Source: Pontiella sp. (lineage in GTDB: Bacteria; Verrucomicrobiota; Kiritimatiellia; Kiritimatiellales; Pontiellaceae). Taken from it: a stretch of DNA of 64,000 bases. Numbering within the stretch: position 1 is the stretch's first letter; every line of letters begins with the position of its first letter. This document shows positions 1 through 10,700 of the stretch, piece after piece. The stretch covers positions 514,713 to 578,712 of the forward strand of contig JBNKHE010000001.1 in assembly GCA_050290185.1 (NCBI GenBank), read 5' to 3'. Position numbers and translations under genes: made by a program. Under the pieces are notes generated by a model. That model was not told the DNA's origin. It was given only the letters and a program-made list of their open reading frames with translations, and made no database searches.

Positions 1-1500
1 CATGACGGTGTAGCGCGGTTCTGCATATTTTATTTCATAGTCGACCTTCAGTTTTTCGAGGCGCGTAATCATTTCATCGTTAAAATCGCAGAAATAATAT
101 TCGCGGACGGCGGCGATGATTTCGAAGGTGTCGTACTGGAACTTCAGGTCCTCGGAGGGCAAACCGAGCATGTTGACCAGATCCTGCATCCAGCGGATTT
201 TTTCCAGCGCCATGTATCCCTGCTGCACGGTTTTTTCGCCGTTGGAGACGTAGCAACGCATAAACTTGCGCATGAAATGGTTGGCGACGATGTGCCGCCA
301 GTAGACGGTGACCAGCGGCGGAACGCGCAGCCGGCGGAAATAGATCCGGCTCGAGGCGAAGTCCTCGATGTAGAGCAGTTCCTTGATGACCTCGTCGGAA
401 AGCCGGAGCAGTTCCTGCAACGGTCGCCAATTCGGGTCGGGCCAGTGCGCGCGGTAGTATTGCTGGATGGCCTGGTCCGCGGAGATGCCGTCACGAAACA
501 GGCGGACGGTGACATAGGCATTGATCTCGTTCCAAACTGCGTTTTCATCGAGCCAGGTGAGCCGTCGGAAACCGCTCCACCCCCCGGTCTGGCACCAGAC
601 GGAGATGCCGGCAATGTTCTGGCCGACCAGCTTGTTGCGGATTTTTTCGTAGTCCCAGCCGATGAAGGAGGGATATTCGCCGAAGCCTTCGTATTCGCGC
701 CGCGCCTGGAACTCGATCAACTTGCGGTGGCGGCCGCGGAAAAAGAGCCGGTTGAGCGGAAGGTAGCGGAAGAAGTCAGACGGGCCATGTTTCATGGAAA
801 TGATGAGGTGGTCGCTTTCCACCCCCCGGAACACCTTGTCGAAGGTCTCAGAGTTCCAGATGAGGTCCCCCACTCCGCCGACGCCGACGCTCCATGTGCG
901 GAAAATGAGCAGTTTGTCGAATTCCTCGAAGACCGGCAGCAGCGCCTGAAGCATCTTTCTGGCTTGCGACGGCCGGTGGATCATGATCCGGCTATGGAAG
1001 TCGCCCTCCACATCCACACCGTCGGCTTCGCCGATGCGGAAGACGATGCCCGCCACATCGGGGAACACCTCGAAAAGCTGGCGGCAGGCGTGGGCGGCGA
1101 AACGGCGAAGGGCCGGATCGCGCGAGGCAATGCTTCGCTCGATCTCCTCGTTGAAGAACAGCAGATCGGTGGTGACGAAAACCCGCATGCCGTATTCCGC
1201 CGCCGTATCGAAGAGGTCCCGAAACAACAGACGGTATTCCGCGATCTTGTTTTTCAGGCCGTCGGAATAGAATGGAAAGATGCAGCAATGCGCCAGATCG
1301 TCGAGCGTGATGGCGTTGTAGCCGGTTTCCGATGCCTTGCGGCAAAAGGTTTTAAAATCGGATTTGATTTGGGCGCAGCGTTCGGGATCGAGTCCACCGT
1401 CCCGCTCCAGATGCGAAAACGGGGCCTTTGACCAGTTGATGACCTTCTGATCACAGCCCCGGAAAAACGGCGCAATGCCGTCGATGATAAACAGGTTCAT
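1..1500 (-). CDS. Conserved protein with GH67 (alpha-glucuronidase)-like motifs; runs off the window edge
   Basis: Absent from the ORF track because no stop lies inside the window. Manual translation from ATG 1500 (MNLFIIDGIAPFF...) stays open to position 1. Motifs LIFRTW, SMKHGPSDFF and EFQARREYEG resemble GH67 KNGPxDFQ and EFQITQEY. Confidence 0.6.
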   Translation of the reverse strand, partial: MNLFIIDGIAPFFRGCDQKVINWSKAPFSHLERDGGLDPERCAQIKSDFKTFCRKASETGYNAITLDDLAHCCIFPFYSDGLKNKIAEYRLLFRDLFDTAAEYGMRVFVTTDLLFFNEEIERSIASRDPALRRFAAHACRQLFEVFPDVAGIVFRIGEADGVDVEGDFHSRIMIHRPSQARKMLQALLPVFEEFDKLLIFRTWSVGVGGVGDLIWNSETFDKVFRGVESDHLIISMKHGPSDFFRYLPLNRLFFRGRHRKLIEFQARREYEGFGEYPSFIGWDYEKIRNKLVGQNIAGISVWCQTGGWSGFRRLTWLDENAVWNEINAYVTVRLFRDGISADQAIQQYYRAHWPDPNWRPLQELLRLSDEVIKELLYIEDFASSRIYFRRLRVPPLVTVYWRHIVANHFMRKFMRCYVSNGEKTVQQGYMALEKIRWMQDLVNMLGLPSEDLKFQYDTFEIIAAVREYYFCDFNDEMITRLEKLKVDYEIKYAEPRYTVM

Positions 1501-1510
1501 GGAATCCCGC

Positions 1511-2209
1511 TCAAATTTCCTTCATGCGGTAGCCGACGCCCCGGACGGTTTCGATATACCGTCCGGCGGAACCGATCTTGCGGCGGAGCCCGACAATCTG
1601 GACATCCACCGAACGCTCGGAAATTCCAACATCCCGGTCGTGGGCGGCATCGATGATCTGCCGGCGCGTGAACACCCGCCCCGGCTCGCCCGCCAGCAGC
1701 TGGAGGATCAAAAAGTCGGTATGGGTTAACTCCACGGATTTGCCATCGACCTTCACCGTAAAGCGCAACGGATCGATATCGAGGTTGTGTATGGAAATCG
1801 GTGTCGGCCCCTCGTCGGCCGACTGGACATCGCAACGGCGCAGCACGGCATCGATCCGGGCCCGCAGCACATCCGGACTGAAAGGTTTCGCGACATAATC
1901 ATCGGCCCCCATCTCCAGCCCCGCCACCACATCCTTGTCCTGGCCCATGGCCGAAATCATGATGATGGGAATGGTGCTGGTTTTGGGATAGCGCCGCACC
2001 TGCTGGCAGACCTGTTTCCCGTCCACGCCGGGCAACATGAGATCCAGGATAATCATGTCGGGCAGCAGATCCACCACGTTCAACAAGGCGGTTTCCCCCG
2101 AATCCGCAAGGGTGACCTCCCATCCATCCTTCTCGAGGTTGAACAGAAGCAACTCCTGCAGTGCGAGGTCGTCCTCGACTACGAGTATTCTACGCAACTG
2201 TTCCGTCAT
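1511..2209 (-). CDS. PhoB/OmpR-family response regulator (second, orphan PhoB-like paralog)
   Basis: Receiver domain (VVEDD, LDLMLP, AKPFS) plus winged helix (RSVDVQIVGLRRK, IETVRGVGYR). GGAG RBS favours the start at 2209. Confidence 0.9.
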   Translation of the reverse strand: MTEQLRRILVVEDDLALQELLLFNLEKDGWEVTLADSGETALLNVVDLLPDMIILDLMLPGVDGKQVCQQVRRYPKTSTIPIIMISAMGQDKDVVAGLEMGADDYVAKPFSPDVLRARIDAVLRRCDVQSADEGPTPISIHNLDIDPLRFTVKVDGKSVELTHTDFLILQLLAGEPGRVFTRRQIIDAAHDRDVGISERSVDVQIVGLRRKIGSAGRYIETVRGVGYRMKEI

Positions 2210-2220
2210 AATCATTCTCC

Positions 2221-3690
2221 TTATCCCCGTGTCTTGGCGATGCGTTCGACCTGCTTGAGGTAATCGTTGATGTCATCGCGCGGCTTCAGCTCGTAAGCGC
2301 GGCGCAACAACGGAAGTGCATCCTGGTACTTGGCCTGACCCACCAGCAGCTGCCCTTCATAGAGCTTGGCCTCGGCCTCGTATTTTTCGATGTTGGCGGC
2401 GCGCTCGTAGTAGAACATCGCCTTTTCCGGAAGGTTGCGTCCATAGTGCTGGGCGAGCAGGATCAGGGCCTCGCCGTCGAGCGGGTCGACCTCCACCACC
2501 TGTTCGAGAATCTTCACCACATCCTCGCCGCCGCCTTCGGAAACGGCAATGCGCGCCTGCAGCTTAAGCAGTTCCTTGAGGTTGGTTTCGTCGAGCGCGC
2601 TCTTGTGTTCGGCCACGCGGTTCAGCATGCGCTTGGACTCCTCCAATGCGCCGCGCGAGGCGAGGATCTTGGCCGCGCGCAAGGCCTTGGAAGGATCGTT
2701 TCCGTTGTCGAGCTCGTAGGCGCGCAGATAGGCGTCGGCCGCCATGTCCCAGCGCGACTCGTTGACGTAGATGTCGGCCAGCATGGTCATGCTATCTGCC
2801 GAGGCTTTGCCCAGCGTGTTTACATATTCATAGTTTTCGGCGGCGCGCATCGGCTGCTTTAGGCCGAGATAGGCATTGGCCTGCAACAACCAGAAATCGG
2901 CATTGTCCGGCTGTTTCCGGATCAACGCGTCGCAAAGGCTGGCGGCATCGCCGTACTTCTGTTGCTTGAACAAGCTACGGGCAAGGCCGAGCTGCCAATC
3001 GAGCGTTTCCGGATCGAGCAGGATGGCCTGGCGGTAGGCGGATTCCGCGCACAGGTTGTTCTCGGTGGAGGCGTAGGCGAAGCCGAGCAGACCGTAGGCC
3101 GTGCTGGTGTTCCCGCCGAGCTCGATGGTCTTCGTCAGGTATGGCAGGGCCTTTTCAAAATCGCCGTTGCGGACCAGGATGAGACCGGCGTTCTTGTAGG
3201 CGCGGCGGAAGGTCCCGAACTTTCCGATCGCCTTGTCGTACCACGCCAGCGCGTCCTCGAGTTTTTCCTGCTGGAAGTAGAGGTTGCCGATGGTGAAGTC
3301 GAAGATGGCGGACGAGGAATCCTTCGTCATCTTCAGCAGTTGCTGCATGGCCTTGTCCATGTCGTCCTCCTTGGAGAGGATATCCATGACCTTCTGCATC
3401 TGCTCGCGCTCGACGGCGGTCACGCGCGGCTCGATATCCGCGTTCACGCCGTAGCTGCCGAGGAATTCCTGCTGGAACTTCTTGCTGTCCCAAATGGAAA
3501 GATCGGCCGCCGGGTTTGCTGTTTCGGCCGGCTTCTTGATCCGCCCCATGTCCGGTTCGGCCAATACCTGATTCTGGGCCGCCGTCCCTCCACTGGACAT
3601 GGCCGTCAGCAAGGCATCCATGTCGTCGGCCAAGGCCACGCCGCTGGCCAGCAGGCCAAGGATAATTAGTGATCGTTGCTTATTCATCAT
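2221..3690 (-). CDS. Exported TPR-repeat protein (TtpD-like)
   Basis: Signal peptide and many TPR-like helical repeats; directly downstream of tonB. Confidence 0.85.
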   Translation of the reverse strand: MMNKQRSLIILGLLASGVALADDMDALLTAMSSGGTAAQNQVLAEPDMGRIKKPAETANPAADLSIWDSKKFQQEFLGSYGVNADIEPRVTAVEREQMQKVMDILSKEDDMDKAMQQLLKMTKDSSSAIFDFTIGNLYFQQEKLEDALAWYDKAIGKFGTFRRAYKNAGLILVRNGDFEKALPYLTKTIELGGNTSTAYGLLGFAYASTENNLCAESAYRQAILLDPETLDWQLGLARSLFKQQKYGDAASLCDALIRKQPDNADFWLLQANAYLGLKQPMRAAENYEYVNTLGKASADSMTMLADIYVNESRWDMAADAYLRAYELDNGNDPSKALRAAKILASRGALEESKRMLNRVAEHKSALDETNLKELLKLQARIAVSEGGGEDVVKILEQVVEVDPLDGEALILLAQHYGRNLPEKAMFYYERAANIEKYEAEAKLYEGQLLVGQAKYQDALPLLRRAYELKPRDDINDYLKQVERIAKTRG

Positions 3691-3699
3691 GTTGCATTC

Positions 3700-4356
3700 C
3701 TATTTTTGAAAGGTGATGGGCACACGCATCCGGAACTGGACGGGCTGGCCCTTGCGCTTGCCCGGTTCGAACTTCCACTGCTTCACGGCCTTGAGTGCCG
3801 GTTCGTTGAACGCCGGATGGGTTGTCTTTTGGACCTTCAGATCGCGGGTGCGGCCGGTCTTGTCGACCACGAACAGGACATAGACCGTACCCTGCATGTT
3901 CTTTTTCGCCAGCTCGCGTGGATAGATCGGCGCGGGCTGGTAGACCACGCGCGGCTTCTGGTCGAGATCGGAGAGCGAGAAGATGGCATCCACCGCTTCG
4001 CCGCCGCCGGTCACGCCACCGAGATCAATCTTGAAGTCGCCGCCGCCAAAGCCGCCGTCGCCCGGATTGAGCGCCAGTTCCAGCTGGGAGAGATCCAGCG
4101 GTTGCGCATCGATTGCCGGCGGAGGCGGAGGCTCCTCTTCCGGCTCGGGCTCTTCCTCCTCCATCGGAGGAGGCGGCGGAGGCGGCTCGAGGTTGGCTAC
4201 ATCCACGGTGCGGATGGTCAGATCCTTCGTCACCGGCTTGGTGATGACCTGCAAGACCGGCAGGATCATGAAGAGCGCCAGCGACACGACCAGCGCGAGC
4301 CCTAAATAGAACGCGTGGTTGGCCAGGGATTTTAAAAATTTAAGCAGGCTGTTCAC
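3700..4356 (-). CDS. tonB: Energy transducer TonB
   Basis: N-terminal TM, Pro/Glu-rich linker, C-terminal YP...QGTVYVLFVVD...WKFEP domain. Confidence 0.93.
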   Translation of the reverse strand: MNSLLKFLKSLANHAFYLGLALVVSLALFMILPVLQVITKPVTKDLTIRTVDVANLEPPPPPPPMEEEEPEPEEEPPPPPAIDAQPLDLSQLELALNPGDGGFGGGDFKIDLGGVTGGGEAVDAIFSLSDLDQKPRVVYQPAPIYPRELAKKNMQGTVYVLFVVDKTGRTRDLKVQKTTHPAFNEPALKAVKQWKFEPGKRKGQPVQFRMRVPITFQK

Positions 4357-4362
4357 TATGGA

Positions 4363-4773
4363 TTATCCCTGTTTCTTGAGGGTCGCGATGCTGACCTTTT
4401 CGGCGCCGGCAAGCTTGGCTTCGTCGATCACGCGGACCAACAGGCCGGACTTGACGTTCTGGTCGGCCTGTACGATGACTGGCACCTCTTCCTTCTGCAT
4501 CATGCGCTTCACCAGCGGCTGCACACCGGCGATGCCGATTTCGCGGCCGCCGTAGACGACTTCACCCTTGTCAGTGATCGCCAGCAGAATACTGGTCTTT
4601 TCCAGATTCACCGACGAGGCCGCCTGCGGCTTGTCAACTTCCACGCCGGTTTCCTCCACGAAGGTGGTGGTTACGATGAAGAAAATGAGCAGGATGAATA
4701 CGCAGTCGATGAGCGGGGAAATATCCACGCCTGCTTCTGAATTGTCGTCGGTGTTGCTTCTAAATCGTGCCAT
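4363..4773 (-). CDS. exbD: Biopolymer transport protein ExbD
   Basis: DISPLIDCVFILLIFFIVT motif. Confidence 0.95.
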   Translation of the reverse strand: MARFRSNTDDNSEAGVDISPLIDCVFILLIFFIVTTTFVEETGVEVDKPQAASSVNLEKTSILLAITDKGEVVYGGREIGIAGVQPLVKRMMQKEEVPVIVQADQNVKSGLLVRVIDEAKLAGAEKVSIATLKKQG

Positions 4774-4783
4774 GTTGAACTCC

Positions 4784-4811
4784 GTGATGAGTGATACGTG
4801 AGGCGTGACTG
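4784..4811. repeat. Period-7 GTGA tandem repeat, intergenic
   Basis: GTGA at 4784, 4791, 4798, 4805. Confidence 0.7.
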
Positions 4812-4812
4812 A

Positions 4813-5436
4813 TCATGCCGCCTCAGATTTTTTCTGCTGTTTGTAAAGTCGCTGCGTGCAGACGGTCTGCAAGTGGGCGAGGAAGGCCTTGTATTGTTCG
4901 TGCTCGCGCGCCAGCTTGTACTGAAAGACGATGCCGGGAAGCGCGATGAGCAGGCCGGTTTCGGTGGTGATCAACGCTTCGGAAATACCGCTGGCCACCA
5001 TGCCCATGGTTTTGTCGCCGCCCGAGCCCGAAGCCAGCGCGGCGAACGTGGAGAGCATGCCGGTCACGGTGCCCAGCAGCCCAAGCAACGGCGCCACGCT
5101 CACGCAGGTCTGCATGACCTTCAGGTCACGGTCGAACGGGGCGATCTCGGTCTGGTGGAGTTCGTCGAAAAAGATTCCGATCTCCTTCAGCGAGGTCGCC
5201 CCCATCACAAACTGGATCATCCGGCCAACCGGACCGCGGCCCTTTTCCGGGTTCTTGGTCCATTGCTTCATTTTCTTTTCCGTGACGTAGAGATACCCTT
5301 TGCCCCGGATGCGGAAAAAGATGCTGTGTCCGAGGTAGAAGATGACCACGGCGTCGAACGCCAGGGCGATCATCCCCCACCCGCCTGAAGACCAGATCTC
5401 CAGGGCCTGCTGCCAAATTGACGTTGTTTCTTCCAT
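4813..5436 (-). CDS. exbB: MotA/TolQ/ExbB proton channel protein
   Basis: APLLGLLGTVTGM and GISEALITT motifs. Confidence 0.93.
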   Translation of the reverse strand: MEETTSIWQQALEIWSSGGWGMIALAFDAVVIFYLGHSIFFRIRGKGYLYVTEKKMKQWTKNPEKGRGPVGRMIQFVMGATSLKEIGIFFDELHQTEIAPFDRDLKVMQTCVSVAPLLGLLGTVTGMLSTFAALASGSGGDKTMGMVASGISEALITTETGLLIALPGIVFQYKLAREHEQYKAFLAHLQTVCTQRLYKQQKKSEAA

Positions 5437-5441
5437 TATGC

Positions 5442-5511
5442 GTGATCCGTGACGATTGAGACGTGATTCATTCTGCGTAGAGCATGTCTATGTTCAGTGT
5501 TCATCCGTGGC
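5442..5511. repeat. Period-7 GTGA tandem repeat, intergenic
   Basis: GTGA 5442, GTGA 5449, TTGA 5456, GTGA 5463; followed by TGTTCAG-TGTTCATCCGTGG. Confidence 0.65.
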
Positions 5512-5513
5512 CG

Positions 5514-6893
5514 CTACGCTTCTTGAGGTGCGGTGCGCGTGGCGCGGTTCATGAACAGGATGGCGACCTGCTCCATGCGGTCGGTTATGCTCCGGGCCTT
5601 GCGCGAGAGAAAGGCATGGAGCACCAGCGCGAAGATCGCCACAACCAGTCCCAGTTCGGTGGTGATCAACGCTTCGGAGATCCCGCCGGAGAGCGTCTTC
5701 ACATCGCCTGAACCAAACACCGTGATCAGCTTGAAGGTGTTGATGATGCCGGTCACGGTACCCAGCAGACCCAGCAACGGAGCAGACGACGCACAGACCG
5801 CGATGAACGAGGTCCACTTGTTCACGCTCAGGCGCGTCGTGAGCATTTCCTCGTACATCACTTCTTCGACCAGATCCTTCGGCTCGTCGATATGCTCGAT
5901 GCCCGCCTTCAACATCGCGGCGGTCGGGCCCTTGATTTTGGCAACCTTCTCCAGCGCCTGGGCATGGTTGTTGTGCAGCATGGCCTTGAGCAGCGGCTGG
6001 ATCTCCTTTTCGGGCGGCATCGGAATCAGGGAAAGCTGGATCCACTTTCCGCAGGCAACGATTACGGCAAGGATGAACATGCCGACGATGGGATAGACCA
6101 CAAAACCGCCTTTTTTCAGATGCTCGCCGAGCGTTTCATGGGTTTCCTCGATCTTGCGCGCATTGCCCAGGCTCGGATCGAACGGAAAGATGCCCGACTT
6201 GTTTTTGACAGTGTCGCGTACCAGCTGCGCATTCGCGCCGTCGGAAAACGGCATCACGGTCGGCTCAAGCGAACCCAGGCGTTGCTCGGCGATGCCGGCC
6301 ATCGAACCGTCATCGGAAGCAAACAAGGCCACCGGACCAACGAGGGCGAAGTTCCCCTGCTTGACCAAGCCATCCTCGCCCGCCGCACTGCCGGCAAAGG
6401 CGGTCCCGCCGACCGCGTCCCGAAGACGCTTGATGGACGCTTCGACCAACGAGGTTTGCTTGATGAAGATTTCCTCGTCGGACAGGTTGGTATTGTCGGG
6501 GGCCAACACAGCGGTATCGATGACCTCCTTGTACTGGTCCAGTTCGGCAATGTGCAGGCGCGTCTGGAAGTTGCGGATGTATTCGCCGAGCAGGTTCGAG
6601 ATGTAGCTCTTTTCCCCCTGGCGCGACTTGATCTCGGAGCGCAGGTTGTTGAGATCGAGGTTGCGGCTGTCGAGCTGGCGCTGCACCCTCTGGTTCTCGA
6701 GGCGCACTTCCATGACCTCGTCTTCAAGGGCGTTGAGGCCTTTCACCATCGGCAGCTTTTCCTTGGCGATGTCCGCGCGGACCTTCGAAAGCTCCTGCAG
6801 GCTGTTTTCCAGTTTGGTCTCCATGTCGGCCGATTGCGCAAACGCACCTCCGGCACACAGCAATAGTAAAGTGATCGTATGCTTCATTTTCAT
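5514..6893 (-). CDS. Long ExbB-family protein with periplasmic coiled-coil N-terminus (TtpC-like)
   Basis: Signal peptide, coiled coil, C-terminal APLLGLLGTVTG / GISEALITT. Confidence 0.9.
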   Translation of the reverse strand: MKMKHTITLLLLCAGGAFAQSADMETKLENSLQELSKVRADIAKEKLPMVKGLNALEDEVMEVRLENQRVQRQLDSRNLDLNNLRSEIKSRQGEKSYISNLLGEYIRNFQTRLHIAELDQYKEVIDTAVLAPDNTNLSDEEIFIKQTSLVEASIKRLRDAVGGTAFAGSAAGEDGLVKQGNFALVGPVALFASDDGSMAGIAEQRLGSLEPTVMPFSDGANAQLVRDTVKNKSGIFPFDPSLGNARKIEETHETLGEHLKKGGFVVYPIVGMFILAVIVACGKWIQLSLIPMPPEKEIQPLLKAMLHNNHAQALEKVAKIKGPTAAMLKAGIEHIDEPKDLVEEVMYEEMLTTRLSVNKWTSFIAVCASSAPLLGLLGTVTGIINTFKLITVFGSGDVKTLSGGISEALITTELGLVVAIFALVLHAFLSRKARSITDRMEQVAILFMNRATRTAPQEA

Positions 6894-6897
6894 TTCC

Positions 6898-7647
6898 TCA
6901 GTTCACGCTGACGGGGAGCGGGATGAATTCCGCGACCTTTTCGTTTTTCAAAACGGCGATGGCGTCGGCCACCTTGGGGGCGATGGTGTTGTCGGCTTCC
7001 CACTTCCAGCCATCGGCGTCCGGGTAGCCGTAGCCGGCGATATCGCCCTTGTTGGTGCAGTAGTAGGCGCGGGCATATCCGATGTAGAGGGTCTGGACCT
7101 CAGCCTGGCTTCCGTCGGGCAGCTCCTTCGTTTCGCTCACGACCGTGATTTCGTTGGCGCCCTTGTTCAGCTCGTTGATGATGCCGATCACGTTCTGGTA
7201 GCGTTCGGAGAGCGACAGGTCGGTTTCCTCCGTCTTGGGAATGCGCTGGCTCAGCGGCTTGATGCGGTCCTGTACCGGCGACGGCAACGTCGGGAGCAGC
7301 GCGAGCACATTCCGTTCAAGAGTGAAGATCCGGTTGACCAACGTGGCAGATGCGTTCTTAAGCGAATCGTTTTCCTCTACCAGATCCTCGCGCTTCTTGT
7401 CCGCGCCGGTAATCAGCGACTGCGTCTCGTGGATCTTCTGCGAAAGCGTGTCCCGCTCGGAGCGGACGAGATCGATGCGGTCGCCGAGCATTTCGCGCTC
7501 CAGTTCCCACGTCTGCTTCTCCTCGGAGATCAGCTTGCGGGTTTCCACCCACTTCGAAAGCATCTCCTTGGTGCGATCCAGCTCCTGCGCCTGCACACAG
7601 GCCGCCGCGCCGGAAATGGCCAAAATCATCAGTAATTGTCTTTTCAT
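6898..7647 (-). CDS. DUF3450-family periplasmic coiled-coil protein (TtpB-like)
   Basis: Signal peptide, coiled coil, LSERY...LYIGYA pattern, and position before the long ExbB. Confidence 0.8.
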   Translation of the reverse strand: MKRQLLMILAISGAAACVQAQELDRTKEMLSKWVETRKLISEEKQTWELEREMLGDRIDLVRSERDTLSQKIHETQSLITGADKKREDLVEENDSLKNASATLVNRIFTLERNVLALLPTLPSPVQDRIKPLSQRIPKTEETDLSLSERYQNVIGIINELNKGANEITVVSETKELPDGSQAEVQTLYIGYARAYYCTNKGDIAGYGYPDADGWKWEADNTIAPKVADAIAVLKNEKVAEFIPLPVSVN

Positions 7648-7658
7648 GTTTACCTCGG

Positions 7659-7718
7659 GCTAGAGTTCTATTTTCAGATTGTTGGTTACGAGTGAGCGGT
7701 TTGTTAGCTGGCTGTTAC
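7659..7718 (-). promoter_or_regulatory. Candidate Pho box (11-bp-period repeats) before the Ton motor genes
   Basis: Plus strand: GCTAG 7659, GTTGG 7681, GTGAG 7692, GTTAG 7703, GTTAC 7714. These read as CTAAC-like units on the minus strand. Confidence 0.55.
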
Positions 7719-10700
7719 CATGTCCCTTTCACCCCCAGGCTGTACTCGATCCCTTTCGTGTAGGACGACTTGACGGTGTCTCCGGACAGGTGCTTGCTCC
7801 GGTAGACCTGCTGGATCTCCGGATCGGTCAGGTTCTTGGCCTTGAACGATAGCGAGAAGTGATCGGTCAGTTTCTGGGAGAGGGTAAAATTGAGTGTTGC
7901 GTGTTCCTTGGCATAGACATCGGGGAAGTATCCTTCGGATATGTTTGCCCCGGCCAGCAGGGCGTCGCCGTTGACGATGTAGAACAAACCCAGTTTGGTG
8001 CCCGAGCTGGCAATCCCGTAGGTGACGTTTGCGTTGTAGAGATATTCGGGAGCCCCCATCATGGCGCGCTTCGGCTCCGGATATCCGGCGCTCGCAAGCT
8101 CAACCGCATCGGCGTCTGAAAGCGTCACCTCCGAATCGATAAAGGTGGCGTTGGCACCGATGGCGAGCCCCTCGAGCGCATCCCAGAATTGTCCCAGCTG
8201 CTGGCGGCACTCGATCTCGTAGCCGGACAGCTTGCCTTCCGGATAATTAACCGCGGTAATATAGTCTTCAATGTTGGCTACATAGCCCTGAGTATATTCG
8301 ATCGGCTGGTCGACCTGCTTCTGAAACCAGGACATCGATACCAGACCGCCCGGATACGGCGCATAATCCACTCGCACGTCCTGATTTTTCAACGAACTCA
8401 TTTGGAGGAAGGGATTCCCCACGAACACATCGCCCCCGAGATATTCAACCTGCTGGATCGGCGTCAATTCCTTGAACGTCTGCCGGGCAACGGTTTCGCT
8501 GTAGGAAGCCCGCAAGGTCACGGTGTCGAGCGGCTTTAATTGCAACCCGTACGAAGGAAGGACATCGGTCTGGTGAAAATCCACATCCGCATCGCCTGCA
8601 TGAAGCTGCGATGCGCCGGACTCGCCCGGCTTGACCCACAGGACATCCTTCTCGGGATTGATCAGGGTGATGGCCAGATCGGTCGATTCAAACCGCGCCC
8701 CCCCGATCAGGGTCAGGTACGGGGTAACCGGCAGCTCGGCCATGTAGTACCAGGCCGAAAGGTCCTGCGAGCCTTCATAGTCCACATCGATGGTTGCGGC
8801 ATACAGGATATCGTTCGGGCCTGGATACTGATCGGTCCAGTATTCGGACCAGGGCAGTTTCGGCCCCGAGTAGGGATTGATGCTGTTATCGGCCGGGTTG
8901 CCGAAGTTGCTGTATGATTCCTGGTCATAGGTGCGTTCAACCGAGTCGCTGAACAAGCCGGTCTTCAGACTTCCTTCCTCACCCGACCACTGCTCGAACG
9001 GAATCTTCAGATTCAGGAAGTATTGATCGCTCTCCTCGGAAACGTCCTTCCACACCCGCTGCAGGTTCCCCAGCGTGGCCGATCCCGGCTTGTCCTGGTA
9101 GTATCCGGCATCCACCGTGTTGGTTGTAGGCGGTGCGCCGCGATAGCCCGGAATCACTTCCCGGTAACCGGGATTCCACAGCGATCCAAACAATCGCTTG
9201 TCGGGTTGCTTCAAAGCAGAGGTACTGTGCGCCAGCGTCCAATCCAGCTCCGGCTTGCCGAAGGAAAACCAATCCCCAGCTTCCCACTCCGGCACGGGCA
9301 AAACATGGTCGCCGCCCAACTGCAAGGTGGAGGTGTCGCGCTCGGTATAATTCAAGGTTTGGCTGCGGCGATAGGGCGCGGCGTTTGCATAGTCGGGGCT
9401 ATCATCCATGGCCATGGGATCGTACCCCGGAACCCGGGAGGTCACATAATAGTCCTTGCCGCGCGTATCCTCCGCCACAATCGCCTTGTCCTCGGCCACA
9501 TGCGTGGTCATGTACAACAGCGACAACGTTTGGTCATCCACTTCAAGTCCAACGGCTGCCAGCCCGCCCCATTGAACCTCGCTGGAACCCTGTTTAATAT
9601 CATAGAGACTGGTTTTGTAGTCGCTCGCAACATTGTTCAACGGATTGTCGCTTCCGGAAAAGAACGGCACCATTTGCCCGTTGCGTACCCACCACTTGTC
9701 GCTCCGCTTGTCATCGGTGTACGAGGCATCGGTTTTGTAGTAGAAGTTGGCCAGGCTCGCCACCTTTACGCCGTCGAAGAACGCCTTCTTGCCGCCGGCC
9801 GTCAACGACCAGTCGTACACGTCGGGCCGCTCACCGCGCGAAGTTCCAACCGCCCCCTTCCAGGTGGTGCCGGCGACTTGCTCATCGCGCCGCCCGTCAT
9901 TCAGCCCCCAGGTGCCAACCCCTCCGCCGGCATACGACAGAAACTCCCCATCGTCCGGCCATGAGTTTTTGTATTTCGATCCGATCGAAAATTTCAGGAG
10001 CCCATCCTCCGGCATGCTCTTGAGCACCACGTTGACCGACCCTCCGGAAGCATCGCCCTGCTGATCGGGCACGAAGGTCTTCGTAACCTGCACGCTTTCA
10101 ATCAGGGCACTGGGAAACTGGTCGAGCTGGACGGCGCGCTTGTCGGGATCGGCCGATGGCAGACGTACCCCATTCATCAGCGACACCACATAGCGGTCCG
10201 GCAAGCCGCGCACCACCGCATACTTGCCATCCTGCACAGTCGTGCCCGACACGAGGCTCAATGCCTGCGCCGCATCGGATACGCCGGCCTGGCCCATCAT
10301 ATCGGCACCGACCGAATCCATCAAAGCCGAGCTTTCCAAGCGCAGGTTGAGCAAGCCGATTTCCGACGCCCCCCCGAGCTGGATGTCGCGTACGACCAGT
10401 TCGTCCATATCCTCGTATTCGCCCGCCATTAGCGCATCGATTTCGGCCAGTTGCCCGGCACTGACCACGACTTGCGGCTTGGTCAGCCGCGTGTAGCCCG
10501 ACTTGCTGAAAAGCAGCGTATAGGCACCCGGCTCCACCCCTTCGAAGTAAAAGCTTCCGGCATCACCGGTTTGCGTCTCCTGCCCAGTTTCCGAAACACG
10601 GATCTTCACGCCGGGGAGCGGCACCTCAAAATCCGAATCGGTGACCGTGCCGCGTATACCGCCCAGTTGGGCATAGCTCCCTGCAGCAACCAGCCACAGA

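Noticed and set aside
277..1431. 384-aa plus-strand ORF
   Set aside because: Antisense shadow of the real minus-strand gene at 1-1500; no recognisable motifs.
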